DNA from: Actinomycetota bacterium
GTDB lineage: Bacteria > Actinomycetota > Thermoleophilia > Gaiellales > Gaiellaceae
NCBI GenBank assembly: GCA_046729255.1
Contig: JBKPGF010000021.1
Location: 39,064-103,063 of the forward strand
Reading direction: 5' to 3'
Length of the DNA stretch: 64,000 nt
Each line of letters begins with the position of its first letter. The first letter of the stretch is position 1. A program made the translations under genes and the position numbers. A model generated the notes under the pieces. The model saw only the letters and a list, made by a program, of their open reading frames with translations, ran no database searches and had not been told where the DNA came from. This document shows, one piece after another, positions 43,651 through 51,520 of this stretch.

Positions 43651-44933
43651 TGGAGGTCGCGCCGGCCGTCAGCGTGCGCGGCGCCATGGCGCTGCCCGGT
43701 GACAAGTCGATCTCCCACCGCGCACTGCTGCTCGGCGCCGTGGGCGACGGGGAGACGCTCGTTCGCGGCTTCGGCCGCTCCCTCGACACGGAGTCGACGC
43801 TCGCCGCCGTGCGCTCGCTCGGCGCCTCGGTCGCAGAGGAACAACCCGACGTCCTGCGCGTGCACGGCGTGGGGCTCGCGGGGCTGAGACAGCCGGCCGA
43901 CCCCATCGACTGCGGGAACGCCGGGACGCTCGCCCGCCTGCTCCCCGGGCTCCTGGCAGGACAGGACGGCCGCCGCGTCGAGCTGACGGGCGATCAGTCG
44001 CTGCGATCGCGGCCCATGGAGCGCGTGGCCGCCCCGCTGTCGGAGATGGGAGCCGGCATCGAGATGAGCGACGGGCGCCTGCCGATGCGGATCGAGGGCG
44101 CTCCGCTCACCGGCATCGAGCACGAGCCGGCGGTCGCGAGCGCGCAGGTCAAGTCGTGCGTCCTGCTGGCAGGTCTCAACGCCGAGGGCCGGACGACCGT
44201 CGTCGAGCCGGTCCCGACGCGGGACCACACCGAGCGCATGCTGCGCGCAGCAGGAGCGAGGCTGACCGTCGAAGGCAGCCGGATCTCGGTCGAGCAGGCC
44301 GAGCGGATCACGCTGGGCGAGGTCGACGTCCCTGGGGACTTCTCGGCGGCCGCCCCGTTCATCGTCGCGGCCACGCTCCTGGCCCGCTCGGAGCTCATCC
44401 TCCAGGGTGTCGGCGTGAATCCCACGCGGACGGGCCTGCTCGACGCGCTCGAGCGGATGGGCGCCCGCATCTCGATCTTCAACCGGCGAACGCAGTCGGG
44501 CGAGCCGGTCGCCGACATCGAGGTAGCTCATGCGGAGCTCGTCGCCACCGAGGTCGTGCCGGCCGAGGTGCCGCGCATCATCGACGAGCTGCCGTTGTTC
44601 GTGCTCGCGGCGTCGATGGCGCGGGGTACGAGCCGAGTCCGTGGGGCGGGGGAGCTGCGTGCAAAGGAATCGGATCGCATCGACACCGTGGCGACGGCCT
44701 TGCGTTCGCTCGGCGGACGGGTACAGGCAACGGCGGGCGGCTTCACGGTGCGCGGAGTGCCGGCGCGTCCGCGAGGCGGATCGCTGAACAGCGCGGGCGA
44801 CCACCGGCTGGCGATGCTCGCCGCCGTCGCCGGCCTCGTGTCGCAGGAGGGCGTGCGCATCGAGGGCGCCGAGGCGGCCGCGGTATCGTTCCCCGGCTTC
44901 TTCGAGCTGCTCGACTCCCTTTCGCACCGATGA
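43650..44933 (+). CDS. aroA: 3-phosphoshikimate 1-carboxyvinyltransferase (EPSP synthase)
   Basis: ATG overlaps the plsC stop (TGATG). LPGDKSISHRALLLG and LRSRPMERV motifs. Confidence 0.9.
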   Translation: MEVAPAVSVRGAMALPGDKSISHRALLLGAVGDGETLVRGFGRSLDTESTLAAVRSLGASVAEEQPDVLRVHGVGLAGLRQPADPIDCGNAGTLARLLPGLLAGQDGRRVELTGDQSLRSRPMERVAAPLSEMGAGIEMSDGRLPMRIEGAPLTGIEHEPAVASAQVKSCVLLAGLNAEGRTTVVEPVPTRDHTERMLRAAGARLTVEGSRISVEQAERITLGEVDVPGDFSAAAPFIVAATLLARSELILQGVGVNPTRTGLLDALERMGARISIFNRRTQSGEPVADIEVAHAELVATEVVPAEVPRIIDELPLFVLAASMARGTSRVRGAGELRAKESDRIDTVATALRSLGGRVQATAGGFTVRGVPARPRGGSLNSAGDHRLAMLAAVAGLVSQEGVRIEGAEAAAVSFPGFFELLDSLSHR

Positions 44934-45553
44934 TCATCGCCATCGACGGGCCGGCCGGCGCCGGCAAGAGCACGGTGGCTCGGCGGCTCGCCGAGCGACT
45001 CGGTGTCCGCTACCTCGACACCGGCGCCATGTACCGGGCAGTGACATGGCTGGCTCTGCGCGAGGAGATCGAGCTCGAGGACGGCGACGGCCTCGGTGCG
45101 CTCGCCGCCGGCCACCCCGTCGAGCTCGACGAATCCGGGCACGTACGGATCGCGGGCGAGGATGTCACCACGGCGATCCGTGACCCACGCATCGACCGCG
45201 CGGTGCCCGTCGTCGCGCAGCATCCTCAGGTCCGCGAGGTGATGCGCGAGCGTCAGCGGCAACTCGCCGCCGAGGCCGACGCGGTCATGGAGGGCCGCGA
45301 CATCGGCACCGTCGTCGCGCCTGGTGCCGACGTGAAGGTCTATCTCACCGCCGAAGAGGGCGTGCGGGCCCAGCGCCGCCTCTCCGAGCGGCCCGACATC
45401 GGCGCCGATGCCCTGGCGACCGACCTCAGACTGCGCGACGAGAGCGACGCCGCGCGCATGGAGCCCGCGGTCGATGCGATCCGCATCGACACCTCTGAGC
45501 TCGACGTGGACGGCGTGGTCGACCTCATCGAGCAACTCATACGAGATGGCTGA
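44930..45553 (+). CDS. cmk: cytidylate kinase
   Basis: ATGA overlap with aroA. MIIAIDGPAGAGKSTVARRLAERLGVRYLDTGAMYRAVT. Confidence 0.9.
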   Translation: MIIAIDGPAGAGKSTVARRLAERLGVRYLDTGAMYRAVTWLALREEIELEDGDGLGALAAGHPVELDESGHVRIAGEDVTTAIRDPRIDRAVPVVAQHPQVREVMRERQRQLAAEADAVMEGRDIGTVVAPGADVKVYLTAEEGVRAQRRLSERPDIGADALATDLRLRDESDAARMEPAVDAIRIDTSELDVDGVVDLIEQLIRDG

Positions 45554-46868
45554 GACGGCACCAGCCGACGAGCTCAAGGGGACCGTGGCCATCGTCGGCT
45601 ACCCGAACGTCGGGAAGTCGACGCTCGTCAACCGGCTGACGTCGACGCGCGCGGCGGTCGTCCACGAGACGCCGGGCGTCACGCGCGACCGCAAGGAGCT
45701 GCTCTGCGACTGGCGGGGGGAGCGGTTCCTGCTCGTTGACACGGGCGGCGTCGACATCACCGACGAGTCGCCCATCACACGGGGTGCAGTGGCTCAGGCT
45801 CGGGCTGCGATCGAGGAGGCCGACCTCGTGCTGTTCCTCGTGGACGCTCGCGCGGGGCTGACACCGGGCGACGCGGAGATCGCCGACATCCTCCGGCGCG
45901 CGCGCAAGCCCGTCCTGCTCGTCGCGAACAAGCTCGACGATCCGGCGAGCGCCGAGCTCGCCCACGAGTTCTCCACGCTCGGCTTCGGTGCGCCCCTCGA
46001 GATCTCTGGCCTGCACGGCCACGGCACCGGCGAGCTTCTCGACGCCGTTCTCGAACGGCTCCCGGGCGACAGGGGCGTGCCGGCACCGGAGGACGCGATT
46101 CGCGTGGCAGTCCTCGGCCGGCCGAACGTCGGGAAGTCCAGCCTCCTCAACGCCGTGCTCGGGCAGGAGCGGCTGATCGTCTCCGACGTCCCAGGGACGA
46201 CGCGTGACGCGATCGACACTGTGCTCCAGACGGACGACCGCACCTTCGTGCTCGTGGATACCGCCGGCATGCGGCGGAAGCGCCGGCACCGGCAGGGCAT
46301 CGAGTACTTCTCCGAGCTGCGCGCGCTCGAGGCGGCGAACCGCGCCGACATCGCACTCGTCCTCGTCGATTCCTCGGAGGGCGTCGTCGAGCAGGACCTG
46401 ACGGTGGCCGACGTCGCACGCAAGGCGCAGTGTTCGACGCTCGTCGTCCTCTCGAAGTGGGACGAGACGACGGTGGAGATCGAGGACGTTCGTGCGAGGC
46501 TCGAGAGCCGGTTGCGACAGCGCCCTCCCGTCGTCACGACGTCCGCGAAGACTGGCCGCGGAATCGCGCGCCTGTTCGAGCGCTTCGGGGCGCTGTACGA
46601 CAAGCACTCCGCCCGGCTCGGCACGCCGGAGCTGAACCGGTTTCTCGCAGAGCTGCGCGAGGATCGCCAGCCGCCGTCGCGCCGCCGCAAGCGGCTGAAC
46701 CTCCTCTACGGGACGCAGACGAGCGTCCGCCCTCCGCGCTACCGCTTCTTCGTGAACGACCCGAGCCTCGTCACGCGTGACTACGCGTACTGGGTAGAGA
46801 ACCGGATGCGCGAGCGCTTCTCCCTGGAGGGCGTGCCGGTCTCGATCGACTTCGTCGCCCGCGGTTAG
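45546..46868 (+). CDS. der: ribosome-biogenesis GTPase Der (EngA)
   Basis: Two GTPase domains (GYPNVGKST, GRPNVGKSS; DTGG/DTAG; NKLD/SKWD) plus a KH-like C-terminus. Confidence 0.9.
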   Translation: MAETAPADELKGTVAIVGYPNVGKSTLVNRLTSTRAAVVHETPGVTRDRKELLCDWRGERFLLVDTGGVDITDESPITRGAVAQARAAIEEADLVLFLVDARAGLTPGDAEIADILRRARKPVLLVANKLDDPASAELAHEFSTLGFGAPLEISGLHGHGTGELLDAVLERLPGDRGVPAPEDAIRVAVLGRPNVGKSSLLNAVLGQERLIVSDVPGTTRDAIDTVLQTDDRTFVLVDTAGMRRKRRHRQGIEYFSELRALEAANRADIALVLVDSSEGVVEQDLTVADVARKAQCSTLVVLSKWDETTVEIEDVRARLESRLRQRPPVVTTSAKTGRGIARLFERFGALYDKHSARLGTPELNRFLAELREDRQPPSRRRKRLNLLYGTQTSVRPPRYRFFVNDPSLVTRDYAYWVENRMRERFSLEGVPVSIDFVARG

Positions 46869-46874
46869 CAGTCG

Positions 46875-46880
46875 TATGCT
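46875..46880 (+). promoter_or_regulatory. -10-like TATGCT, 6 nt before GTG 46887 (leaderless signature)
   Basis: TATGCT-ccgcgc-GTG. Confidence 0.4.
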
Positions 46881-46886
46881 CCGCGC

Positions 46887-47654
46887 GTGGCGCGGGTGTG
46901 CCTCTTCCACTGGAGCGAGACCGAGGCCGCATCGAAAGCGGGCGATCTCCGCTCCCTCGGGTACAAGGTCGACGCCCACGCGGCGTTCGGCCCGGAGCTC
47001 CTGCGCACGCTCGCCGACCGGCCGCCGGATGCAATCGTCGTCGATCTGAGCCGCCTGCCTGCTCACGGACGGGACGTCGCCGTTGCTCTTCGCACGCGCG
47101 CCGGGACGCGCCACGTGCCGCTGGTGATCGCGGGCGGGACACGAGAGGCGGTCGCACGCCTGCGCAACCACGTTCCCGACGCCGCCTACACATCGTGGAG
47201 GTCGATGAAGCGAGCGCTCGCGCATGCGATCGCGAAGCCGCCGGCGGATCCCGTCGTTCCCGCCTCGGCGTTGGCCGGCTATTCGGGCACGCCGCTGCCG
47301 AAGAAGCTCGGGATCAAGAAGGGGTCGAGGGTGGGCGTCGTCGGCGCGCCGGACGGCTTCGGGCAAACGCTCGGCGCACTTCCGGACGGTGCGCGGCTGA
47401 AGCGTGGCGCGGCCGGCGCGGATCTCGTGCTCTGGTTCATGCGCTCTCGACGGCAGCTCGAGCGCGGCCTCGAGCGCTACCGCCGGCTCGAGGTGCCCTT
47501 GTGGATGATCTGGCCGAAGCAGGCGTCGGGCGTTCAGACCGATCTCACGCAGAACGTCGTACGCGACTCCGGGCTCGCGGCCGGCCTCGTCGACTACAAG
47601 GTGTGCGCCGTGGACGAGACATGGTCGGGCCTCCTCTTCCGGAGGCGCCGGTGA
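46887..47654 (+). CDS. fusion protein: CheY-like pseudo-receiver domain + DUF3052 domain
   Basis: 255 aa. N-terminal ~115 aa has a receiver-like beta-alpha pattern (VCLFHWSE..PDAIVVDLSRLPAHGRDV..VPLVIAGG). C-terminal half (LPKKLGIKKGSRVGVVG..DLVLWFM..WMIWPKQASG..ETWSGLLFR) matches my recollection of DUF3052. Confidence 0.6.
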   Translation: MARVCLFHWSETEAASKAGDLRSLGYKVDAHAAFGPELLRTLADRPPDAIVVDLSRLPAHGRDVAVALRTRAGTRHVPLVIAGGTREAVARLRNHVPDAAYTSWRSMKRALAHAIAKPPADPVVPASALAGYSGTPLPKKLGIKKGSRVGVVGAPDGFGQTLGALPDGARLKRGAAGADLVLWFMRSRRQLERGLERYRRLEVPLWMIWPKQASGVQTDLTQNVVRDSGLAAGLVDYKVCAVDETWSGLLFRRRR

Positions 47655-48607
47655 AGGTCGTCGTCATCGGTGGTGGCTCGTGGGGCACCGCGTTCGCGTG
47701 GCTGCTGGCGGAGCACCGACACGACGTGACGCTTGCCTGTCGCGACCGGGTGCAGGCGGACGCGATCGCCGCGACCGGCCACAACCCGCGCTACCTTCAG
47801 ACTGCGCGGCTCGACCGCGTGCGCGCGACGACCATCGACGAGGCGCCCATCGCGGAGGCCGACCTCGCGGTCATCGCCGTTCCGAGCAGCGCGTTCGCCG
47901 ACATCGCGCGTGCCCTGCGGGGTGAGTGCCCGGTGCTGAGCTTGACGAAGGGCCTCGATCCGAACACCGGTCGACGGCTCTCGACTCTTGTCGAAGGGCG
48001 GCCCGTCGCGTGCCTCTCCGGGCCGAACTTCGCGGAGGAGATCACAGCGGGCCTGCCGGCGGCGACCGTGATCGCAAGCGAGGACGAGGCGCTCGCAGTG
48101 CAGCTCCAGGAGGCGATCAACTCGCCGACGTTCCGCGTCTACGTCAACACCGACATCGTCGGCGTCGAGTTCTGCGGGGCGGCAAAGAATGTCATCGCGC
48201 TTGCAGCCGGCGGTGTGGACGGCCTCGGCCTCGGCGACAACGCCAAGTCGGGCGTGATCACGCGCGGCGTCGCCGAGATGGCGCGGCTCGGTCAGGCCTC
48301 CGGTGCTCGCGTGGAGACGTTCGCCGGCCTCGCGGGCATGGGCGACCTCATGGTCACGTGCTGGAGCAGGCTCGGCCGCAACCGTCGGGCGGGCGAGCTC
48401 ATAGCGAGAGGCCGGACAGCGGACGAAGCGATCGCCGAGATCGGCCAGGTGGTGGAGGGCCTCAACACGGCGCCGCCGCTCCGAGATCTCGCCCGGAGGC
48501 TCTCGGTCGACCTCCCCATCACGGAGGCGGTCTGCTCCGTGCTCGGTGGAGAGAGCCTCACCGACCTCGTGGCATCCATCATGGGCCGCAAGCCGCGAGC
48601 GGAGTGA
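47651..48607 (+). CDS. gpsA: NAD(P)H-dependent glycerol-3-phosphate dehydrogenase
   Basis: GTGA overlap with the upstream gene. VKVVVIGGGSWGTAFA. Confidence 0.9.
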   Translation: MKVVVIGGGSWGTAFAWLLAEHRHDVTLACRDRVQADAIAATGHNPRYLQTARLDRVRATTIDEAPIAEADLAVIAVPSSAFADIARALRGECPVLSLTKGLDPNTGRRLSTLVEGRPVACLSGPNFAEEITAGLPAATVIASEDEALAVQLQEAINSPTFRVYVNTDIVGVEFCGAAKNVIALAAGGVDGLGLGDNAKSGVITRGVAEMARLGQASGARVETFAGLAGMGDLMVTCWSRLGRNRRAGELIARGRTADEAIAEIGQVVEGLNTAPPLRDLARRLSVDLPITEAVCSVLGGESLTDLVASIMGRKPRAE

Positions 48608-48644
48608 CCGCCCGCGGATCCAGTTCCAGTAGCCTTCGCGGCCA

Positions 48645-49892
48645 ATGCCAATGCGCTCGTATCTCTTCACGTCCGAGTCCGTCACCGAAGGGCATCCGGA
48701 CAAGATCGCCGACCAGATCTCCGACTCCGTCCTCGACGCGGTGCTCGGCGAGGATCCTCAGGGCCGCGTCGCCCGCGAGACGCTCGTCACGACGGGCCTC
48801 GTGCTCGTGGCCGGCGAGATCTCGACCGCGTGCTACGTCGACGTCCCGCGCCTCGTACGCGACCGCATCTCGGAGATCGGCTACACGCACCACGAGCTCG
48901 GGCTCGACGCCGAGACGTGCGGCGTCATCACGTCGATCCAGGAGCAGTCACCCGACATCGCACGCGGGGTGGACGAGGCATACGAGGTCCAGCAGGACGT
49001 CTCCGACGGCGACCCGCTCGACCGGATCGGAGCCGGCGACCAGGGGATGATGTTCGGCTACGCCTGTCGCGAGACGCCGGAGCTGATGCCGCTGCCGATC
49101 ATGCTCGCCCACCGGCTGTGCGGCCGGCTGGCCGAGGTGAGGAAGGCGGGCACCCTCCCGTACCTTCGCCCGGACGGCAAATCCATGGTCACGGCGCGCT
49201 ACGAGGTGGACGAGCACGGTCGGACGACCGTCGCCGAGATCGAGCGCGTCCTCGTCGTCTCCCAGCACGTCGACGGGATCGACATCAACGGGCAGATGAA
49301 GAGGGACATCATCGAGCACGTGATCGGGCCGGTGCTGCCGTCCGACCTCTACGACGAGGCTCGACTGGGTGAGGACGGGTTCGTCCTCGTGAACCCGACC
49401 GGCAAGTTCGTCGTCGGCGGGCCGAAGGCGGACACGGGGCTGACCGGCCGCAAGATCATCGTCGACTCGTACGGCGGAGCAGCGCGCCAGGGCGGGGGCT
49501 GTTTCTCCGGCAAGGACCCCACCAAGGTCGACCGCTCGGCGGCGTACGCGATGCGCTACGTCGCGAAGAACCTCGTCGCTGCGGGGCTCGCCGACCGCTG
49601 CGAGCTCGAGGTGGCCTACGCGATCGGCGTCGCGCACCCGGTCTCGGTCACCGTCGAGACGTTCGGCACCGAGACGATCGCCGCAGAGCGGATCGAAGCG
49701 CTCGTCGCGGAGCACTTCGACCTTCGCCCGGCCGCGATCATCCGGGACCTCGACCTCACCCGCCCGATCTACGCGAAGACCGCCGCCTACGGGCATTTCG
49801 GCCGCGACGACCACGACTTCACGTGGGAGCGCACCGACCGGGCGGACGCGCTTCGCGAGGCTGCCGGCCTCGCCGCCGCAGCTACTGCCTAA
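48645..49892 (+). CDS. metK: S-adenosylmethionine synthetase
   Basis: [32 protein letters not shown] and [16 protein letters not shown]. The start may be the second ATG at 48651. Confidence 0.95.
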   Translation: MPMRSYLFTSESVTEGHPDKIADQISDSVLDAVLGEDPQGRVARETLVTTGLVLVAGEISTACYVDVPRLVRDRISEIGYTHHELGLDAETCGVITSIQEQSPDIARGVDEAYEVQQDVSDGDPLDRIGAGDQGMMFGYACRETPELMPLPIMLAHRLCGRLAEVRKAGTLPYLRPDGKSMVTARYEVDEHGRTTVAEIERVLVVSQHVDGIDINGQMKRDIIEHVIGPVLPSDLYDEARLGEDGFVLVNPTGKFVVGGPKADTGLTGRKIIVDSYGGAARQGGGCFSGKDPTKVDRSAAYAMRYVAKNLVAAGLADRCELEVAYAIGVAHPVSVTVETFGTETIAAERIEALVAEHFDLRPAAIIRDLDLTRPIYAKTAAYGHFGRDDHDFTWERTDRADALREAAGLAAAATA

Positions 49893-50566
49893 GCCTTACG
49901 AACGAACAGGCCATCGGCTGCCATCTCGCCGACCGCGCGCTCGGTGCCGTCCACCGTCACGGCGATGTGGCCCGATGGTGCGTGGACGTCGCGCACCTCG
50001 ACGGCCGACCCGGGCACGAGCCCTTCCGAGTAGAACCAGTGGAGGAGCTCGCCGTCATGCTCGGCGAGACGCACGACCGTGGCGCGCTCGCCCTGCCGTA
50101 GCTCGGAGAGCGACACGAGCTCCGCATTCTCCGCGTGCTCGACGGTGGTGTCCACGGGCCAGCCGTGCGGGCAGCGCTCGGGGTGGCCGAGCCGCTCGTT
50201 GATGCGCTCGATCATGTCGTCCGTGAACGTGTCGCCGAGCTCGTCAGCCTGAACGTGGGACTCCTCCGGCGTGTAGCCCATGAAGTCGGTGAGGAAGCGC
50301 TCGATGATCCGGTGCTTGCGCACGACCTTCACGGCGCGCTCGATGCCGGCCTCGGTGAGAATCGCCTCCTTCTGCTCGCCGCGCTCCACGAGACCTTCCG
50401 CCTCGAGGCGCTTCAGCATCTCGCCTGCCGACGCCCGCGAGACGCCAAGCATCTCTGCGACGCGGGCCGCGATCGCCGACGTACCCGTTGACGGGTGGTA
50501 CTCGCCGATGGGAAAGGCGAGAAAGTAGATCGTCTCGAGGTAGTCGTCGACGGAATGGCCTGCCAT
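49889..50566 (-). CDS. DtxR/IdeR/MntR family metal-dependent transcriptional repressor with C-terminal SH3-like (FeoA) domain
   Basis: 225 aa. wHTH ([10 protein letters not shown]...[19 protein letters not shown]), metal-binding/dimerisation domain ([11 protein letters not shown]...) and a C-terminal FeoA-like domain. Confidence 0.85.
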   Translation of the reverse strand: MAGHSVDDYLETIYFLAFPIGEYHPSTGTSAIAARVAEMLGVSRASAGEMLKRLEAEGLVERGEQKEAILTEAGIERAVKVVRKHRIIERFLTDFMGYTPEESHVQADELGDTFTDDMIERINERLGHPERCPHGWPVDTTVEHAENAELVSLSELRQGERATVVRLAEHDGELLHWFYSEGLVPGSAVEVRDVHAPSGHIAVTVDGTERAVGEMAADGLFVRKA

Positions 50567-50601
50567 CTATCCACCAGATGCTGCGCCGCGGGCTCGGAGC
50601 C

Positions 50602-50609
50602 ACTATAGT
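50602..50609. promoter_or_regulatory. palindromic ACTATAGT giving TATAGT -10 boxes on both strands
   Basis: Plus-strand TATAGT at 50604-50609 serves the ZIP gene. Minus-strand TATAGT (complement of 50602-50607) serves the repressor gene. Confidence 0.45.
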
Positions 50610-50618
50610 CTTGGCGCC

Positions 50619-50638
50619 TTGTAAGGCAGACCTTACAA
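50619..50638. promoter_or_regulatory. perfect 8-4-8 inverted repeat, candidate DtxR-family operator
   Basis: TTGTAAGG-CAGA-CCTTACAA in the 93-nt divergent spacer. It lies just downstream of the plus-strand -10 and over the expected -35 of the minus-strand promoter. Confidence 0.6.
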
Positions 50639-50659
50639 CCCGGGAAAGGAGCACTTGAC

Positions 50660-51505
50660 TTGAGCTCGACGCAGGTCCTCGTACTCGGAGCCCTCGCGGG
50701 CGTGACGATCTTCATCGGCCTGCCGCTGGGCAGGGTCCGGAATCCGGACGTACGCCTCAAGGCTGCGCTGAGCGGGATGGCGACGGGCATCCTCCTTTTC
50801 CTGCTCTACGACGTCTTCGCCCACGGGATCGTGCCCGTCGAGGAAGCCCTCGAGGAGGCGGTGGACGAGGGCGGATCGTGGCTCGAGTTCTCGTGGCTGG
50901 CCCTGCTACTCGCGGTCGGCGCCGCCATCGGGCTGATGAGTCTCGTCTACTACGACAGCTGGATCGGCGCACAGCGGCGCAAGAAGATGCTGGGCCCGGG
51001 CGCCGCGTCGGCCGCGGAGTTCGAGGCGGTCCGGCCCGTCGGGTTGACGTCAGCGGCGTGGCTCGCACTCATGATCGCGACCGGCATCGGGCTCCACAAC
51101 TTCTCCGAGGGTCTCGCGATCGGCCAGTCGGCCGCGAGCGGCGAGGTCGCGCTCGCGCTGACGCTCGTGATCGGCTTCGCACTCCACAACGCCACCGAGG
51201 GCTTCGGCATCGTGGCACCGCTCTCCGGTGCGGCCGAGCGACCGACGTGGCGCTTCTTGCTTCTGCTCGGGATCATCGGCGGCGGCCCGACGTTCGTCGG
51301 CACCCTCATCGGACAGACGTGGACGAGTGAGGCTCTCTCGGTCGCGTTCCTCGCGCTGGCGGCAGGCTCGATCCTCTACGTCATCATCGAGCTCGCCAAC
51401 GTCAATCGCCAGCTCGGTCACAAGGTGCTCGTCTCCTGGGCCCTCTTCGGCGGCCTCGCCCTCGGCTTCGCCACGGACTTCGTGCTGGAGGCCGTCGGCG
51501 GCTAG
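50660..51505 (+). CDS. ZIP family metal cation transporter (ZupT-like)
   Basis: 281 aa. TTG start 8 nt after AAGGAG. About 8 TM helices. HNFSEGLAIG and HNATEGFG metal-site motifs. Confidence 0.85.
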   Translation: MSSTQVLVLGALAGVTIFIGLPLGRVRNPDVRLKAALSGMATGILLFLLYDVFAHGIVPVEEALEEAVDEGGSWLEFSWLALLLAVGAAIGLMSLVYYDSWIGAQRRKKMLGPGAASAAEFEAVRPVGLTSAAWLALMIATGIGLHNFSEGLAIGQSAASGEVALALTLVIGFALHNATEGFGIVAPLSGAAERPTWRFLLLLGIIGGGPTFVGTLIGQTWTSEALSVAFLALAAGSILYVIIELANVNRQLGHKVLVSWALFGGLALGFATDFVLEAVGG

Positions 51506-51520
51506 GCCTAAGGTGGACCG

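Noticed and set aside
48608-48650. Possible SAM riboswitch upstream of metK, or T-box leaders upstream of thrS, pheS and trpS.
   Set aside because: The upstream spacers are only about 40 nt (metK), 4 nt (thrS), 24 nt (pheS) and 17 nt (trpS). That is far too short for these elements, and no conserved motifs were seen.
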